A DNA stretch of 64,000 nt from Candidatus Spongiisociaceae bacterium (GCA_965219685.1 CBDCOH010000002.1:3584001-3648000); one strand, 5' to 3'. Positions 36,599 through 46,807 are shown, numbered from the stretch's first letter. Numbers and translations: made by a program. The notes: a model not told the origin generated them from the letters alone.

Positions 36599-37464
36599 CA
36601 GCCGTCGGCGCGACCCGGGAGAGGACCGGTCTGACCGTTCGCCTCAAACGGATCTGGCGGTACCCGTCGCTGGTCGTCGGGCTCGTCATGTTCTCCCCGA
36701 TCCTGCTGGGTTCGATCATCGTGCCCTTCATCAGTCCCCACGGTCCGACCGAGTCGGTGGCGGGCCGCCAATTGCTCCCGCCCAGTTCCGAACATCTCTT
36801 CGGCACCGACCTGTTCGGCATGGACATCATGACCCGCATCTTCGCCGGCGGGCGCTACGACCTGGGCGTGGCCATGGTTGCCGCGGCGATCGGCATGAGC
36901 GTGGGGGTGATCATCGGGGGCTTCTCCGGATACATCGGAGGGCGCTTCGACGAGTTGGTCAGCCGGGTGATCGAAGCCCTCCAGTCGTTCCCCCCCTTCA
37001 TCATCGCCCTGGCGGTCGTGTCGGTGCTGGGCAATTCGCTAGCGGTCCTGACCGGTGTCATCGCCCTCATACAGCTCACCTACTACGTGCGGACCATGCG
37101 GGCCCAGGCCTTCTCGATTCGCGAGCGGGCCTTCGTGGAGAGTGCCCGTGCTATAGGGCTGCGCACTCCCGCCATCGTGTTCCGCCACATCATTCCCAAT
37201 GGGGTCCGCCCTCTGATCATCCAGCTGATGATCAATGTGGGAGGCGCCATCCTGATCATCTCCCTGCTGGGTTTCCTCGGACTCGGAGCCCAGGTGCCCA
37301 CCCCCGAGTGGGGCTCGATGATCTCGATCGGCCTGGAGACGGCCATCACCGGTGAGTGGTGGGTCTGGGCCTTCCCCGGCTCGGCGATCATCATCACGGT
37401 TATCTCTCTCAACCTGATCGGCGACGGCCTCCGCGACGTTCTCGATCCACGGCAGGGCGGCTAG
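36595..37464 (+). CDS. Dipeptide/oligopeptide ABC permease (DppC-like)
   Basis: HLFGTDLFGMDI, FVESARAIG, PTPEWG, NLIGDGLRDVLDPR. Confidence 0.92.
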   Translation: MTAVGATRERTGLTVRLKRIWRYPSLVVGLVMFSPILLGSIIVPFISPHGPTESVAGRQLLPPSSEHLFGTDLFGMDIMTRIFAGGRYDLGVAMVAAAIGMSVGVIIGGFSGYIGGRFDELVSRVIEALQSFPPFIIALAVVSVLGNSLAVLTGVIALIQLTYYVRTMRAQAFSIRERAFVESARAIGLRTPAIVFRHIIPNGVRPLIIQLMINVGGAILIISLLGFLGLGAQVPTPEWGSMISIGLETAITGEWWVWAFPGSAIIITVISLNLIGDGLRDVLDPRQGG

Positions 37465-37468
37465 CGCG

Positions 37469-38422
37469 ATGCCCCTTCTCTCCATCCGCGATCTCGACAT
37501 CGAACTGCGGCACCAGGAGCGGTTCGGATACGCAGTGCGCCGGCTGAGCCTCGACATCGAGGCCGGCGAGATCGTGGGCCTGGTGGGCGAGTCGGGTTCC
37601 GGCAAGAGCCTGACCGCCCGGGCCGTGATGGGGCTGCTCCCGAGCGCGGCCTCGGCGGCCAGGGGCCAGATCATCTTCGACGGTGTGGACCTGCTGACCC
37701 TCGACGAGGAGGGGATGGAACAGGTACGCGGGCACCGGATCGGCGTCATGTTCCAGAACCCCCGGGAGAGTCTCAACCCCGTGTTCACCGTGGGGGACCA
37801 GCTGAGGACCATCTTCCGCAGGATCCGCGGTCAGGACAGGCGCAAGGCCCGGGAGGAGGCGCGCCGGATGTTGCTCTCGCTGGGCCTGCGCGAGGTGGAC
37901 CGCGTGCTGGCCAGTTATCCGCACCAACTCAGCGGCGGCATGGCCCAGCGGGCCCTCCTCGCTCTGACCTTGGCATGCGACCCGGAACTGCTCATCGCCG
38001 ACGAGCCGGCCACCGGTCTCGACGCCGCTACCCAGACCCGACTGTTCGTCGAGATCGGCCGGGTCATCAAGGAGACCGGGAAGACGGCCATCGTGATCAC
38101 CCACGACATCAGCCTCGTGAGCGGCATCTGCGACTCGGTGGCGGTCATGTACAGCGGCCAGGTGGTCGAGCGGGGGACGGTCACCGACGTGGGCGCCCGA
38201 CCCCTCCATCCATACTCGAACGGCCTGTTGAAAGCGGCCGATTTCGCCGACGAAGGGGGGAGGGCCAGCTTCATCCCCGGCGCGCCGCCGGACCCGTTCA
38301 CGCCCGCCGGCGGGTGTCCCTTCCATCCCCGCTGCCCGCAAGCGTTCGAGCCCTGCCCCGACGTGGTACCCGTGGGAACCACGACCGATGGTCGCCAGGT
38401 GAGATGTCACCTGTATGAGTGA
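37469..38422 (+). CDS. Oligopeptide ABC ATPase (DppD-like)
   Basis: GESGSGKS, YPHQLSGGMAQR, ADEP, GCPFHPRCP. Confidence 0.93.
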   Translation: MPLLSIRDLDIELRHQERFGYAVRRLSLDIEAGEIVGLVGESGSGKSLTARAVMGLLPSAASAARGQIIFDGVDLLTLDEEGMEQVRGHRIGVMFQNPRESLNPVFTVGDQLRTIFRRIRGQDRRKAREEARRMLLSLGLREVDRVLASYPHQLSGGMAQRALLALTLACDPELLIADEPATGLDAATQTRLFVEIGRVIKETGKTAIVITHDISLVSGICDSVAVMYSGQVVERGTVTDVGARPLHPYSNGLLKAADFADEGGRASFIPGAPPDPFTPAGGCPFHPRCPQAFEPCPDVVPVGTTTDGRQVRCHLYE

Positions 38423-39431
38423 CCTGCTCGAGGTCCAGGGTCTGACCAAGGTCTTCGCCGGGGCCGGTACCTTCTGGTCGCGCCGTTCCCCGACGATTGC
38501 GGTGGAGGACGTGTCGATCCGCCTCGCCAAGGGCGAGACCCTGGCCGTGGTGGGTGAGTCCGGCAGCGGGAAGACGACGTTGGGCCGTTGCATCCTGCGC
38601 CTCGTGGAGCCCACCGCCGGAGTGGTCGTCTTCGAGGGAACCGACATCCTCCCCCTGCGGACCAAGGAGCTGAAAGGGTTCCGTCGCAAGGCGCAGATGG
38701 TGTTCCAGAACCCGCAGGGTTCGCTTGATCCCCGGATGCGGGTCGCCTCCATAGTGGCCCAGCCGATCAAGCACCATGAGGGGCTCTCCGGTTCCGAGTT
38801 GGAGGGCCGGGTGCTCGAGGCGCTCCGGGCGGTGGGTCTGGGCGAGTCGGAACTGCCCAAATACCCCCACGAGATGAGCGGCGGCCAGCAGCAGCGGGTG
38901 GCGATCGCCCGGGCCGTCGGCACCCGTCCCGACCTCTTGGTGCTCGACGAGCCGACCTCGGCTCTGGACGCCTCCATCCAGGGCCAGATAATCGCCCTGC
39001 TCGACGATCTCCGGGATGCGTACGAGATGAGCTACCTGTTCATCTCCCACGACCTGCGGCTCGTGCGGGCCCATTCTGACCGGACCGCGGTCATGTATAA
39101 GGGGAGGCTGGTCGAGTTGGGGGCCACGGCCGACGTGTTCGCCAACCCGAGACACCCCTACATGCGGCTCTTGGAGGAACTTATCCCCACCGTGCCGGCC
39201 AATCCCGTCGCCCCCGCGGCCGCGAGCTTCCTGATGGACGACACCTCGGACCGCCCCGACGTGGGCTGCGTGTTCAGGAACCGCTGCCCGGCCGCCACCA
39301 TCGAGTGCGAATCCCCCCAGGAACTGGTTCCGTCCGGTGCCGACCACCGGGCTGCCTGCTGGCGCCACACCGACCCGGCCTTCGACCAGGAGTGGGAACA
39401 CCTCATAGGAGACGCCCTGAAGGATCTCTGA
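38415..39431 (+). CDS. Oligopeptide ABC ATPase (DppF-like)
   Basis: GESGSGKTT, YPHEMSGGQQQR, LDEPTSALD, GCVFRNRCP. Confidence 0.93.
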   Translation: MSDLLEVQGLTKVFAGAGTFWSRRSPTIAVEDVSIRLAKGETLAVVGESGSGKTTLGRCILRLVEPTAGVVVFEGTDILPLRTKELKGFRRKAQMVFQNPQGSLDPRMRVASIVAQPIKHHEGLSGSELEGRVLEALRAVGLGESELPKYPHEMSGGQQQRVAIARAVGTRPDLLVLDEPTSALDASIQGQIIALLDDLRDAYEMSYLFISHDLRLVRAHSDRTAVMYKGRLVELGATADVFANPRHPYMRLLEELIPTVPANPVAPAAASFLMDDTSDRPDVGCVFRNRCPAATIECESPQELVPSGADHRAACWRHTDPAFDQEWEHLIGDALKDL

Positions 39432-39497
39432 TCCGTCTTTGGGCTGGCGCTCGCGGGCGACCAACTGGGCTCTACACCGTGTTCTGAGAATTTGTCC

Positions 39498-40199
39498 CTA
39501 GCCCTCGGCCAAGCAGTCTGCGAGATACAGGGTTATCCAGAAGACACCAAGACCGAGATCATCCGGGGCCTGGACAGCGCCAACTCCAACAAACCGGAAG
39601 TGAGGGTCAGCGATGTAGGGGACTCCGAGTTCTTGCCTCTTCTCAACAATGTATCCAACAACTCCATCCGCTGCTTCCCCTGCGGTCTTGTCGTAGTCGG
39701 TCGGAGTCACGTCGCTGGGTGCCGCCAAGAGACCGCGGTAGCTGAATTGCCTCACCTGGGGAGATTCGACGACGTGAGCAGCCGTAGCCCCACATGCGGT
39801 GTCAAGTGATGGTGCTACAGCCAGCACTTGACTCTGCGCCATCGAGCGGCTGTGCTGAGTCGCCGGATCGTCCAGGCTCGGAGCGCGAACGAGCCTCTCG
39901 AGGCCGCCTGCCGATCGCGCCTGATTGATGTGCGCCACTATCTCGTCTTCCAGTACTCCGGCGTCGATCAACGGGAGAGCCTTCCCGTGTTTCGTGATGT
40001 AATGCGAAGCCGAGGTGGAGGTCGGCGTAGGAGCGGGATCCTCAGCCGGCGGGACAGTAGGACGAGCGAAGGGGAGGGTAGACGTAGGAAGGGGCTGGGC
40101 CTGCGACGAGGGCTGCAAGCCAGAGATGATCGGGGCAACTTTGTCCCGCGCCGACTAGACGCCCCATCCCAGCGCTACCAGCAGGATGAGTACCCCCAT
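39498..40199 (-). pseudogene. CAP (SCP-like) domain membrane protein with in-frame TAG at 40155-40157
   Basis: MGVLILLVALGWGV-TAG-SARDKVAP..., P/T linker, then EIVAHINQAR...HSRSMA...FVGVG CAP motifs. Confidence 0.6.
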
Positions 40200-40465
40200 C
40201 CGCCCCCATCCGCCCCTGGCCGGGGGAGTCCCGCCTGACCCATCCCTCTGGCACTTCACGCAGGTACAGGCAGGCGGATGGTCGTAGTACCAGTGAGCTC
40301 GGTTCGCCATCTGCTAGTCCTGATTTCTCCATGTTTGCCGTCATATCCACCGGCAAAGAGCCACGTTAAAGACTCGTTCCGCGTCAACCTTGCCGGTGAA
40401 GGTGCCTGTACCAGGTAAACACGCCGAGAAGCTCTCTCCCGGCCTATTAACCCCGTACCAGCCTC

Positions 40466-40859
40466 CTGATTCGGTCTGGTCCAGCCGAGCCTGCTCGCGT
40501 GGCCGCTGGAGTCTGCACCAATCCAGGCATCGTTCCACCGTCCGGCCTCCTCGAGGACGACCTGGCTCGGTACTTCGGTAGCGAGCCGGTGTTGGCGGCT
40601 TCGACCATCTCGTTGGCGTCGGCCAGGGTGAGAATGTCCGGTGAGGCTGCCTAGACCTCCATGTGGTTGGGCAGTGCGGCCCGCATGGTCCTAACCTGCT
40701 CCACCGTTTGCAAAGAGGTCGTTGGCGGTCTTGCCGGAGTCGGCACCCGACCCAACCACCACCCGCCAGGCATCCTCCAGCGTCCCCGGACTGTGCCCTA
40801 TCTCGGGGACTCGATTGATTGTCTTGGGTTCATCACATCAGGGTTCTCGCACTTGGCCC
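40466..40859 (-). pseudogene. Decayed 3' copy of the deoC-like gene
   Basis: Colinear nucleotide similarity to about 44325-44729, e.g. EV*AASPDILTLADANEMVEA vs EVKAASPDILTLADAIEMVEA, with stops and indels. Confidence 0.85.
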
Positions 40860-40860
40860 A

Positions 40861-42489
40861 ATGACGTGGAATCCGAAAACGCTCGACTTCAAATCGGATC
40901 GTGGCGGATCCACCAAGACTCTCCGGCGACTCGCCAGGGCAGCAGCTTGCCTGGCGAACGGTCGAGGCGGAACCTTGGTTCTCGGCGTCGAGGATGACCG
41001 GGGAGGGACCGAGGCCTTCTCGGGTACGGATGTCGATGTGCTCAGTGCCCGTCGGTACATCTTCGAGACCGTGGATCCACCTCTCACCGTTTCGGTCGAT
41101 GAGCACTCGTATCGCGATACGAGGCTCCTGATCATTGGGGTTCCGGTCGGGGCGGATGTCCATGGCGTCGCCGGGCGGGTCACCCGACGCGTCGGACGTA
41201 GTTGTCTTCCGCTCGCCCCCGATCAGATAGCTGCACTCCACTCGGAGCGGGAGGGTCGTGACCCTTCGGAGCAGGTATCCGGGCGATCGGTTGACGAGTT
41301 GGACCGGTCGGCGGTGGATCTTGCGCCTCGACACCTGGGCCGGCTCACCGATGAGCGCCCGCATTGGGTGAATCTGTCGGATGCCGAGCTTGCACGAGCT
41401 CTCGGTGTGGCAACTCCGGACGGTGAGTTGCTGATCGCCGGCGAGCAACTCTTCTGCGTGCCTCCGGTCGAGTGCGTCAGCTACCAGCACAGGGTCAGCG
41501 CCGGAAGTCCGCCCGACGCCAGCGAGCGTTTGGCCGTGCCCCTGGTAGTGGCCTTCGACCGTACTCTCGCACTCATCGCAGTCCGTAACCGTTGGGAGCC
41601 CCTTTTGCTGCCGGATGGCCAACAGCTCCAACTGCAGCAGTATCCCGATGATGTGGTGCGGGAGGCCCTGGCCAACGCCCTCGTACACCGCAGGCTCGAC
41701 CTCTCTGATCCGGTACAGGTGGAACACTTCGATGACTCGTTGGCCATCACCTCGATGGGGCCCCTGGTTGGCGGTGTGACAGTTGACAACATCTTGACTA
41801 CTGCTTCACGGCCTCGGAACCGGCTGCTGGCACGGGCGTTTCGCCACCTCGGACTGATCGAGGAACTCGGTACCGGGATCGCTCGGATGTACCGGTCGAT
41901 GTTACGACTCGGCAAGCCGCCGCCCGAGTTTCTGGAGTCGGCGAATTCGGTCCGCGCCTCGGTATCCGGTGGTCCGGGCGGCCAGGCCTTCGCCCGCTTC
42001 GTCGCCTTGCTGGACGCGCCCGAACGGGACGACGTGGAGGTTCTGTTGGTTCTCCGACACCTTTGCATGAACAGCAGCGCCGGGGTCGCCGACATCGCGC
42101 CTCTACTGCAGCGTGGGCAGACCGGCGCCGCTCCCGCCTTGGCGCGGATGGCGGATGGCTCCTCCCCACTCATCGAGCCGGTCAACGCGTCGGCGAGTGG
42201 GCGCCGGATCCGCTACCGCCTTTCGAAGGCCGCCTCCGCCGGGCTCGGGTCAGCAGTCGAGCATCGACGCAACACCGTTCGTGATGTCGAGAGATCGGTG
42301 GAGGCGTATGTAAAGGAGCACGGTCGCATCACCAACCGGGTGGTCCGGAGCTTGTTCGGAGTCGGCACCCCGAGAGCCTCGGTGATCCTCCGGAACCTCG
42401 TCGCACGGCAGATACTGGAGCGGACCAGCGACGCAACTCGAGGGCCCACCGTCGAGTATGGACCCGGGCCGCTCATGATCGACTCATGA
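40861..42489 (+). CDS. Schlafen/AlbA_2 domain + HATPase_c_4-like + wHTH protein, possibly 5'-damaged
   Basis: TLDFK, CLANGRGGTLVLGVED, VREALANALVHR, RPRNRLLA..F..LGLIEELGTG, C-terminal GRITNR wHTH. Confidence 0.8.
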   Translation: MTWNPKTLDFKSDRGGSTKTLRRLARAAACLANGRGGTLVLGVEDDRGGTEAFSGTDVDVLSARRYIFETVDPPLTVSVDEHSYRDTRLLIIGVPVGADVHGVAGRVTRRVGRSCLPLAPDQIAALHSEREGRDPSEQVSGRSVDELDRSAVDLAPRHLGRLTDERPHWVNLSDAELARALGVATPDGELLIAGEQLFCVPPVECVSYQHRVSAGSPPDASERLAVPLVVAFDRTLALIAVRNRWEPLLLPDGQQLQLQQYPDDVVREALANALVHRRLDLSDPVQVEHFDDSLAITSMGPLVGGVTVDNILTTASRPRNRLLARAFRHLGLIEELGTGIARMYRSMLRLGKPPPEFLESANSVRASVSGGPGGQAFARFVALLDAPERDDVEVLLVLRHLCMNSSAGVADIAPLLQRGQTGAAPALARMADGSSPLIEPVNASASGRRIRYRLSKAASAGLGSAVEHRRNTVRDVERSVEAYVKEHGRITNRVVRSLFGVGTPRASVILRNLVARQILERTSDATRGPTVEYGPGPLMIDS

Positions 42490-42677
42490 CGGTTAGTCGT
42501 GCGACGTCCGGCCAAGGCCGGGGGGTTCTCGGGCCCGGTGCTCGAAGTTTTAGTCCTCCGCGGGAAGTACGAAAGGCTAAAACTAGTCTTGTATTCGATG
42601 AAACGTCTTGAGGTTGATACGGGGTTGGATTCTTGGGCACGGCGTTCGAAGGCTCGTCGAGTTGGGACCGACCGCCG

Positions 42678-42739
42678 AACGGGCAACGGTCAACTGGCAA
42701 CGGATTACGGGCAACGGGCACCGGATTACGCGCAACGGG
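42678..42739. repeat. Degenerate heptamer repeat (AACGGGC-like) x~9
   Basis: aacgggc aacggtc aactggc aacggat tacgggc aacgggc accggat tacgcgc aacggg, between convergent genes. Confidence 0.75.
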
Positions 42740-42748
42740 GATGAAGGG

Positions 42749-44248
42749 TCAACCACCCGGCGTGAGGTGCATGAACTTCCGAAGCGCCATTGCCAGCGAT
42801 TGATCGAGCCAGTCGCACAGTTCCTCGAAGCGATCTTCGGCGTCGTCGGTGTGGCAGAACATGAAGGGTTCCCACGAGGTCTCGACGAAGATGCCGTCGC
42901 GTCCCGAGAATTCCTGGCCGCGGATGCGGATTCTCCCGAACGACGTGATGGCCATCACCCCGGTGTAGGCGCTGGCCACGTGGTGGATCGAAGTCACGAA
43001 CCGGAGATCCACTCCGTTCACCGACATTCCCAGCAGCGACCACCACGTATTGGGTTTGAAGCAGGCGTAGTGCTCGGCTGCCTTCGCCGTCCTGATTATG
43101 TCGCGGCGCCACCACCTATCCCGGCGGTCGAGGAACGTCGGCCGGTCCGTCCACACGCGGGCCTGCTGTCCGGCCTCGGCGAACTCCCGGTCGATGTCGA
43201 AGCAGGCGTCTTGTAGCCAGTGCCATACGTGGTCGTGGAACCGGTCGGCGCGCATCTGGGCCTCGGTCCTTTTTTCCATCGCTTGGTCGATCAGATCCAG
43301 TTGCTCGGGATCTGCCGCCTCGCCGAGTAGCCACTGGTCCTCCATGGCGATGTCCGCGAGATGGTCGAGAGTCGAGTCCGCGAGTTCACGACGCACAGAC
43401 CGCAGCGCCAGTCCGGCGAACAGCCTGGCGAGCGGTGCCAGGTCTCCGTTGTTTGCCTCGTCCAAGGCCAGGAGATAGGCATCCCGCCGGCTCCCATCCA
43501 CCACGATCGGTGGATACTGTGCCCTCTCGAGAGGGAGGGCGGCCAGCGCTCTCCCCACCCGGCCGTTGCCGTCCTGGAAGGGATGGATCTGCTCGAACCG
43601 GTGGTGCAACCACGCGGCCACGACAACCGGATGCACGTCGTTCATCGACTCGTACAGATCGATCAGGCGCCGGATCTCGCCGTCCACCTGCTCCGGCGGA
43701 GCAAAGCTCAGCATGGTCCCGTCGGCGCGTCTCGCCCGGTTGGGAAACTTCTTGAAACTCCCGTGGTCCATCATGACCTGGGCGAAACGCCCCGTCGGGT
43801 CCGTGAGGAAGCAGAAGGGCTGAGCCCGGGTGATCAGGGCATGGAGTTCCCGGATGAAGGAGGAGGTCAGGGGACGACCCGCTCGGGCCAACTCGACGAC
43901 CATCTCGAGCCCTTCCTTGTGGGCGCTCAGCATCTGGAGGACCCCTGGAGGGACCTCCTCGTCGGCTGTGTCCGCCCCTCTGGTAATCCCCTTGATCACC
44001 ATCACCTCGGTGGTGGGCCGCTCCAGTTCGTACAGTCCCTCGATGATGCCGGTTTCGATGGCGTGCTTCCGGTAGGTCCGATGCAACGGGTAGGTGTGTT
44101 CGGCCCGACCGAACTCGGTCCGGTGCTCCTGCCACGAACGATGCACGGCGTCCAGCGTGGTCAGGTCGCGCCCCAACGCCGTCTCCACCGCCCGGTCGAG
44201 CGGCTCGATCGGACGCCAGCCCGTATTGCTCATCGCTGAGGTCGACAT
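42749..44248 (-). CDS. Fic-domain protein (class II-type)
   Basis: Canonical HPFQDGNGRVGR motif; N-terminal inhibitory-type motif TGIIEG. Confidence 0.9.
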   Translation of the reverse strand: MSTSAMSNTGWRPIEPLDRAVETALGRDLTTLDAVHRSWQEHRTEFGRAEHTYPLHRTYRKHAIETGIIEGLYELERPTTEVMVIKGITRGADTADEEVPPGVLQMLSAHKEGLEMVVELARAGRPLTSSFIRELHALITRAQPFCFLTDPTGRFAQVMMDHGSFKKFPNRARRADGTMLSFAPPEQVDGEIRRLIDLYESMNDVHPVVVAAWLHHRFEQIHPFQDGNGRVGRALAALPLERAQYPPIVVDGSRRDAYLLALDEANNGDLAPLARLFAGLALRSVRRELADSTLDHLADIAMEDQWLLGEAADPEQLDLIDQAMEKRTEAQMRADRFHDHVWHWLQDACFDIDREFAEAGQQARVWTDRPTFLDRRDRWWRRDIIRTAKAAEHYACFKPNTWWSLLGMSVNGVDLRFVTSIHHVASAYTGVMAITSFGRIRIRGQEFSGRDGIFVETSWEPFMFCHTDDAEDRFEELCDWLDQSLAMALRKFMHLTPGG

Positions 44249-44326
44249 AAGGTGTGTCCTACCGCGGGCCGGCCGATACCGCGTCCAATCGACCGGCTAC
44301 GCGATCCGCACACCAGTCACCAGCCC

Positions 44327-45076
44327 CTACTCGGGCTTGGTCCAGCCGAACTCCCTCACGTAGCCGCTGGAACCCGCTCCGATCCGGGCGTCTTCCAGCC
44401 GTCCGGCCTCCTCTAGGGCTATCTGGATCGGTACCGGGGTTCCGAGCCTGGTGCTGCCGGCTTCGACCATCTCGATGGCGTCGGCCAGGGTCAGGATGTC
44501 AGGTGAGGCTGCCTTCACCTCCACGTGATCGGGTAGCGCGGCCCGCATCGCCCGCACCTGCGCCACCGTACCGCCCCCGTACACCGACAGGCCCGTGGAG
44601 GTCTTGCCGAAGTCTGCGCCCGACTCGGTCACAACTCGGCAGGCGTCCTCCAGCTTCCCGGGGACCTGCTCCATCTCCGGGGATTCGATGATGGCCTTGG
44701 TGATCACATCCGGGTTCTCCGACTTGGCCGCCTCGACCACCGCCGCCGCGTCGCGGATGGCCGCATCGAGATCGCCGTACAGGATGGCCGACCATGCGGC
44801 CAGGAAGTCGATCTCGGTCGCTCCAGAGGCCACGCAGTCCTTGGTGGCCGCCACCTTGGCTGCCGTTCCCTCCAGCCCGATCGGCATGCTGACAATGCCT
44901 GACGTGGCGACCCGGTCGCCCATCCGCTTCGCCACACGTCCGACCCACCAGGGGTACACGCAGAAGGCGGCGACTCCCAACTCCACGCATTCGTCTGCCA
45001 TCCGGTCGAGCGTGTCGGGCCCGGCCCTCGGATCGATGCACACCTGGTCCAACATTTCCGTGATTTGTCTGGTCAT
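44327..45076 (-). CDS. deoC: Deoxyribose-phosphate aldolase-like class I aldolase
   Basis: FCVYP, GATEID, KAIIE, GADFGKTSTG, VKAAS, AGSTRLGT; RBS AGGAGG. Confidence 0.75.
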   Translation of the reverse strand: MTRQITEMLDQVCIDPRAGPDTLDRMADECVELGVAAFCVYPWWVGRVAKRMGDRVATSGIVSMPIGLEGTAAKVAATKDCVASGATEIDFLAAWSAILYGDLDAAIRDAAAVVEAAKSENPDVITKAIIESPEMEQVPGKLEDACRVVTESGADFGKTSTGLSVYGGGTVAQVRAMRAALPDHVEVKAASPDILTLADAIEMVEAGSTRLGTPVPIQIALEEAGRLEDARIGAGSSGYVREFGWTKPE

Positions 45077-45516
45077 AAGGCTCTTACCTCCTGGGAACAG
45101 CCTACTTCGTTGGAGTTACGCGACCTCCCTCGAGAGGTGATCTAGGACTTGAGTCCGGGGCGCTGTACTCCGCGACCTCCCCAATGTTGCCCCGCTCCCT
45201 CAAGGCCACGTCGAACAGTACCCGCTAGGCGTTCTGCTGTGACAGGTTGGAGGCGGGGTAATCGTGGTGGCTCCAGTGGGCCGTTCCAGCGTGGTTGGGC
45301 CTTGTCCAAGCTGCGCCAAGAGCCGGGTATGGAATGAGGGGGCTTGACGGCCCGGTTACGGGCCGAGGAGACCGTAGACCGAGTCCAAATCGCTTGACGC
45401 ACTGTTCCGACGTAGTTAGCGTTATCAGTGCCCGAGAAAATGCGTATCCGTGCCTCGGATGCACACGAAGCGACTCATATCCATTGTGGTCACAACGTGG
45501 CTCGGCACGAGAAGGA

Positions 45517-46737
45517 GTGGGGAAATCGACTGACCGACAGGCCGCCGATAGAGCAAGGTCCGATTCCGGCAACACCGCATCGAATTCTCCCGCGGTCAGT
45601 CTCGAAAACGTCTCGAGGCGCTTCGGTGAATACGTTGCCGTTGACGGTGTCACGTTTGACGTGCAGCAAGGTGAGTTTTTCTCGATTATCGGTCCTAGTG
45701 GCTCCGGGAAGACCACCACCATCAGAATGATCGCCGGCCTTGAGGCCTTGTCGGAAGGGAAGATCAGCTTCTTCGGAGAGTCGGTGGTGGGCATACCCCC
45801 CTATCGGAGGGATTGTCCAATGGTGTTTCAACATTTCGCGCTCTTCCCTCATCTCAACGTGATCGAAAACGTGGCATTCCCGCTCAGGATGCGGGGAGAG
45901 AAGCGATCGGAGCGTTCCGAAGCAGCCAGGAAGGCGCTGGAGACCGTTGGTCTCGCCGGTCTCGGTGGCAGGCAACCGAATCAACTCAGTGGTGGACAGC
46001 AGCAGCGCGTCGCTCTGGCGCGAGCGATCGTTGCCAGACCCCGTGTTCTCCTGCTCGACGAGGCCCTGGGTTCGCTTGATGCAGCTCTACGCATCGAAAT
46101 GCAGGCTGAGTTGCGGCGTCTCCAGCGAGTTCTGGGATGCGCTGTGATCCATGTCACACACGATCAAAGCGAAGCACTAGCGATGGCGGACCGGATTCTC
46201 GTCCTGAACGCGGGGCGCATCGAACAGTTGGCCAGCCCGCAGGACATCTTCAGCCGACCGGCGACCCGGTTCGTAGCCAGGTTCGTCGGCAACAACAATC
46301 TGATCGATGGTCGTGTAGCCAGCATGTCGAAGGATGAAATGGGAATCGAGACGCCTCTCGGGACCTTTGTGTGCCTCGGACCTAGTAGGGATATGAAGGG
46401 ACGGCAAGTGACGTTGGTTATCCGTCCGGACGCTTTGAGACTTGTTGATGCGAGATCGCGCGAGAGTGGAACTCCCAAGCCTGACAGGCCTGGCTTGCAG
46501 TTTCCTGCCAGAGTGGTCGGAGCCAAGTACGAGGGAGCCAGTGTCACCTACAGTGTCACCAGCGAGACAGAGCCAACTCTTTCCCTCTCAATAGAAGAGA
46601 ACGCCTTCGTTAGGGCTATGAACCCACACCATCCTGGGGACGAGGTCATTGTCGAATGGCAGGGTGGTTCACCCCACCTGCTCCCCGGCGACCGGTCTAC
46701 AGATCTGGAAGTCCGCCAAACTCATGAAGGGGGTTAA
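45517..46737 (+). CDS. Polyamine-type ABC ATPase (PotA-like)
   Basis: GPSGSGKTT, VFQHFALFPH, LSGGQQQR, VTHDQSEA. Start uncertain. Confidence 0.9.
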   Translation: MGKSTDRQAADRARSDSGNTASNSPAVSLENVSRRFGEYVAVDGVTFDVQQGEFFSIIGPSGSGKTTTIRMIAGLEALSEGKISFFGESVVGIPPYRRDCPMVFQHFALFPHLNVIENVAFPLRMRGEKRSERSEAARKALETVGLAGLGGRQPNQLSGGQQQRVALARAIVARPRVLLLDEALGSLDAALRIEMQAELRRLQRVLGCAVIHVTHDQSEALAMADRILVLNAGRIEQLASPQDIFSRPATRFVARFVGNNNLIDGRVASMSKDEMGIETPLGTFVCLGPSRDMKGRQVTLVIRPDALRLVDARSRESGTPKPDRPGLQFPARVVGAKYEGASVTYSVTSETEPTLSLSIEENAFVRAMNPHHPGDEVIVEWQGGSPHLLPGDRSTDLEVRQTHEGG

Positions 46738-46807
46738 CCGAGAGCTACTTGTACAACACACATGACCGATCTATCGGGCCTCAACACCGATTAGGAGGAG
46801 GAAGCGA

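Noticed and set aside
33502-38977. Long minus-strand ORFs (33502..35463, 37409..38977 and others)
   Set aside because: Antisense shadows of the ABC transporter genes.
40155-40157. Pyrrolysine read-through of the TAG in the CAP gene
   Set aside because: Single instance at a non-catalytic position, no pyl genes in the window, and no paralog support.
40341-40538. 65-aa ORF as an independent gene
   Set aside because: It overlaps the decayed deoC copy in a shifted frame.
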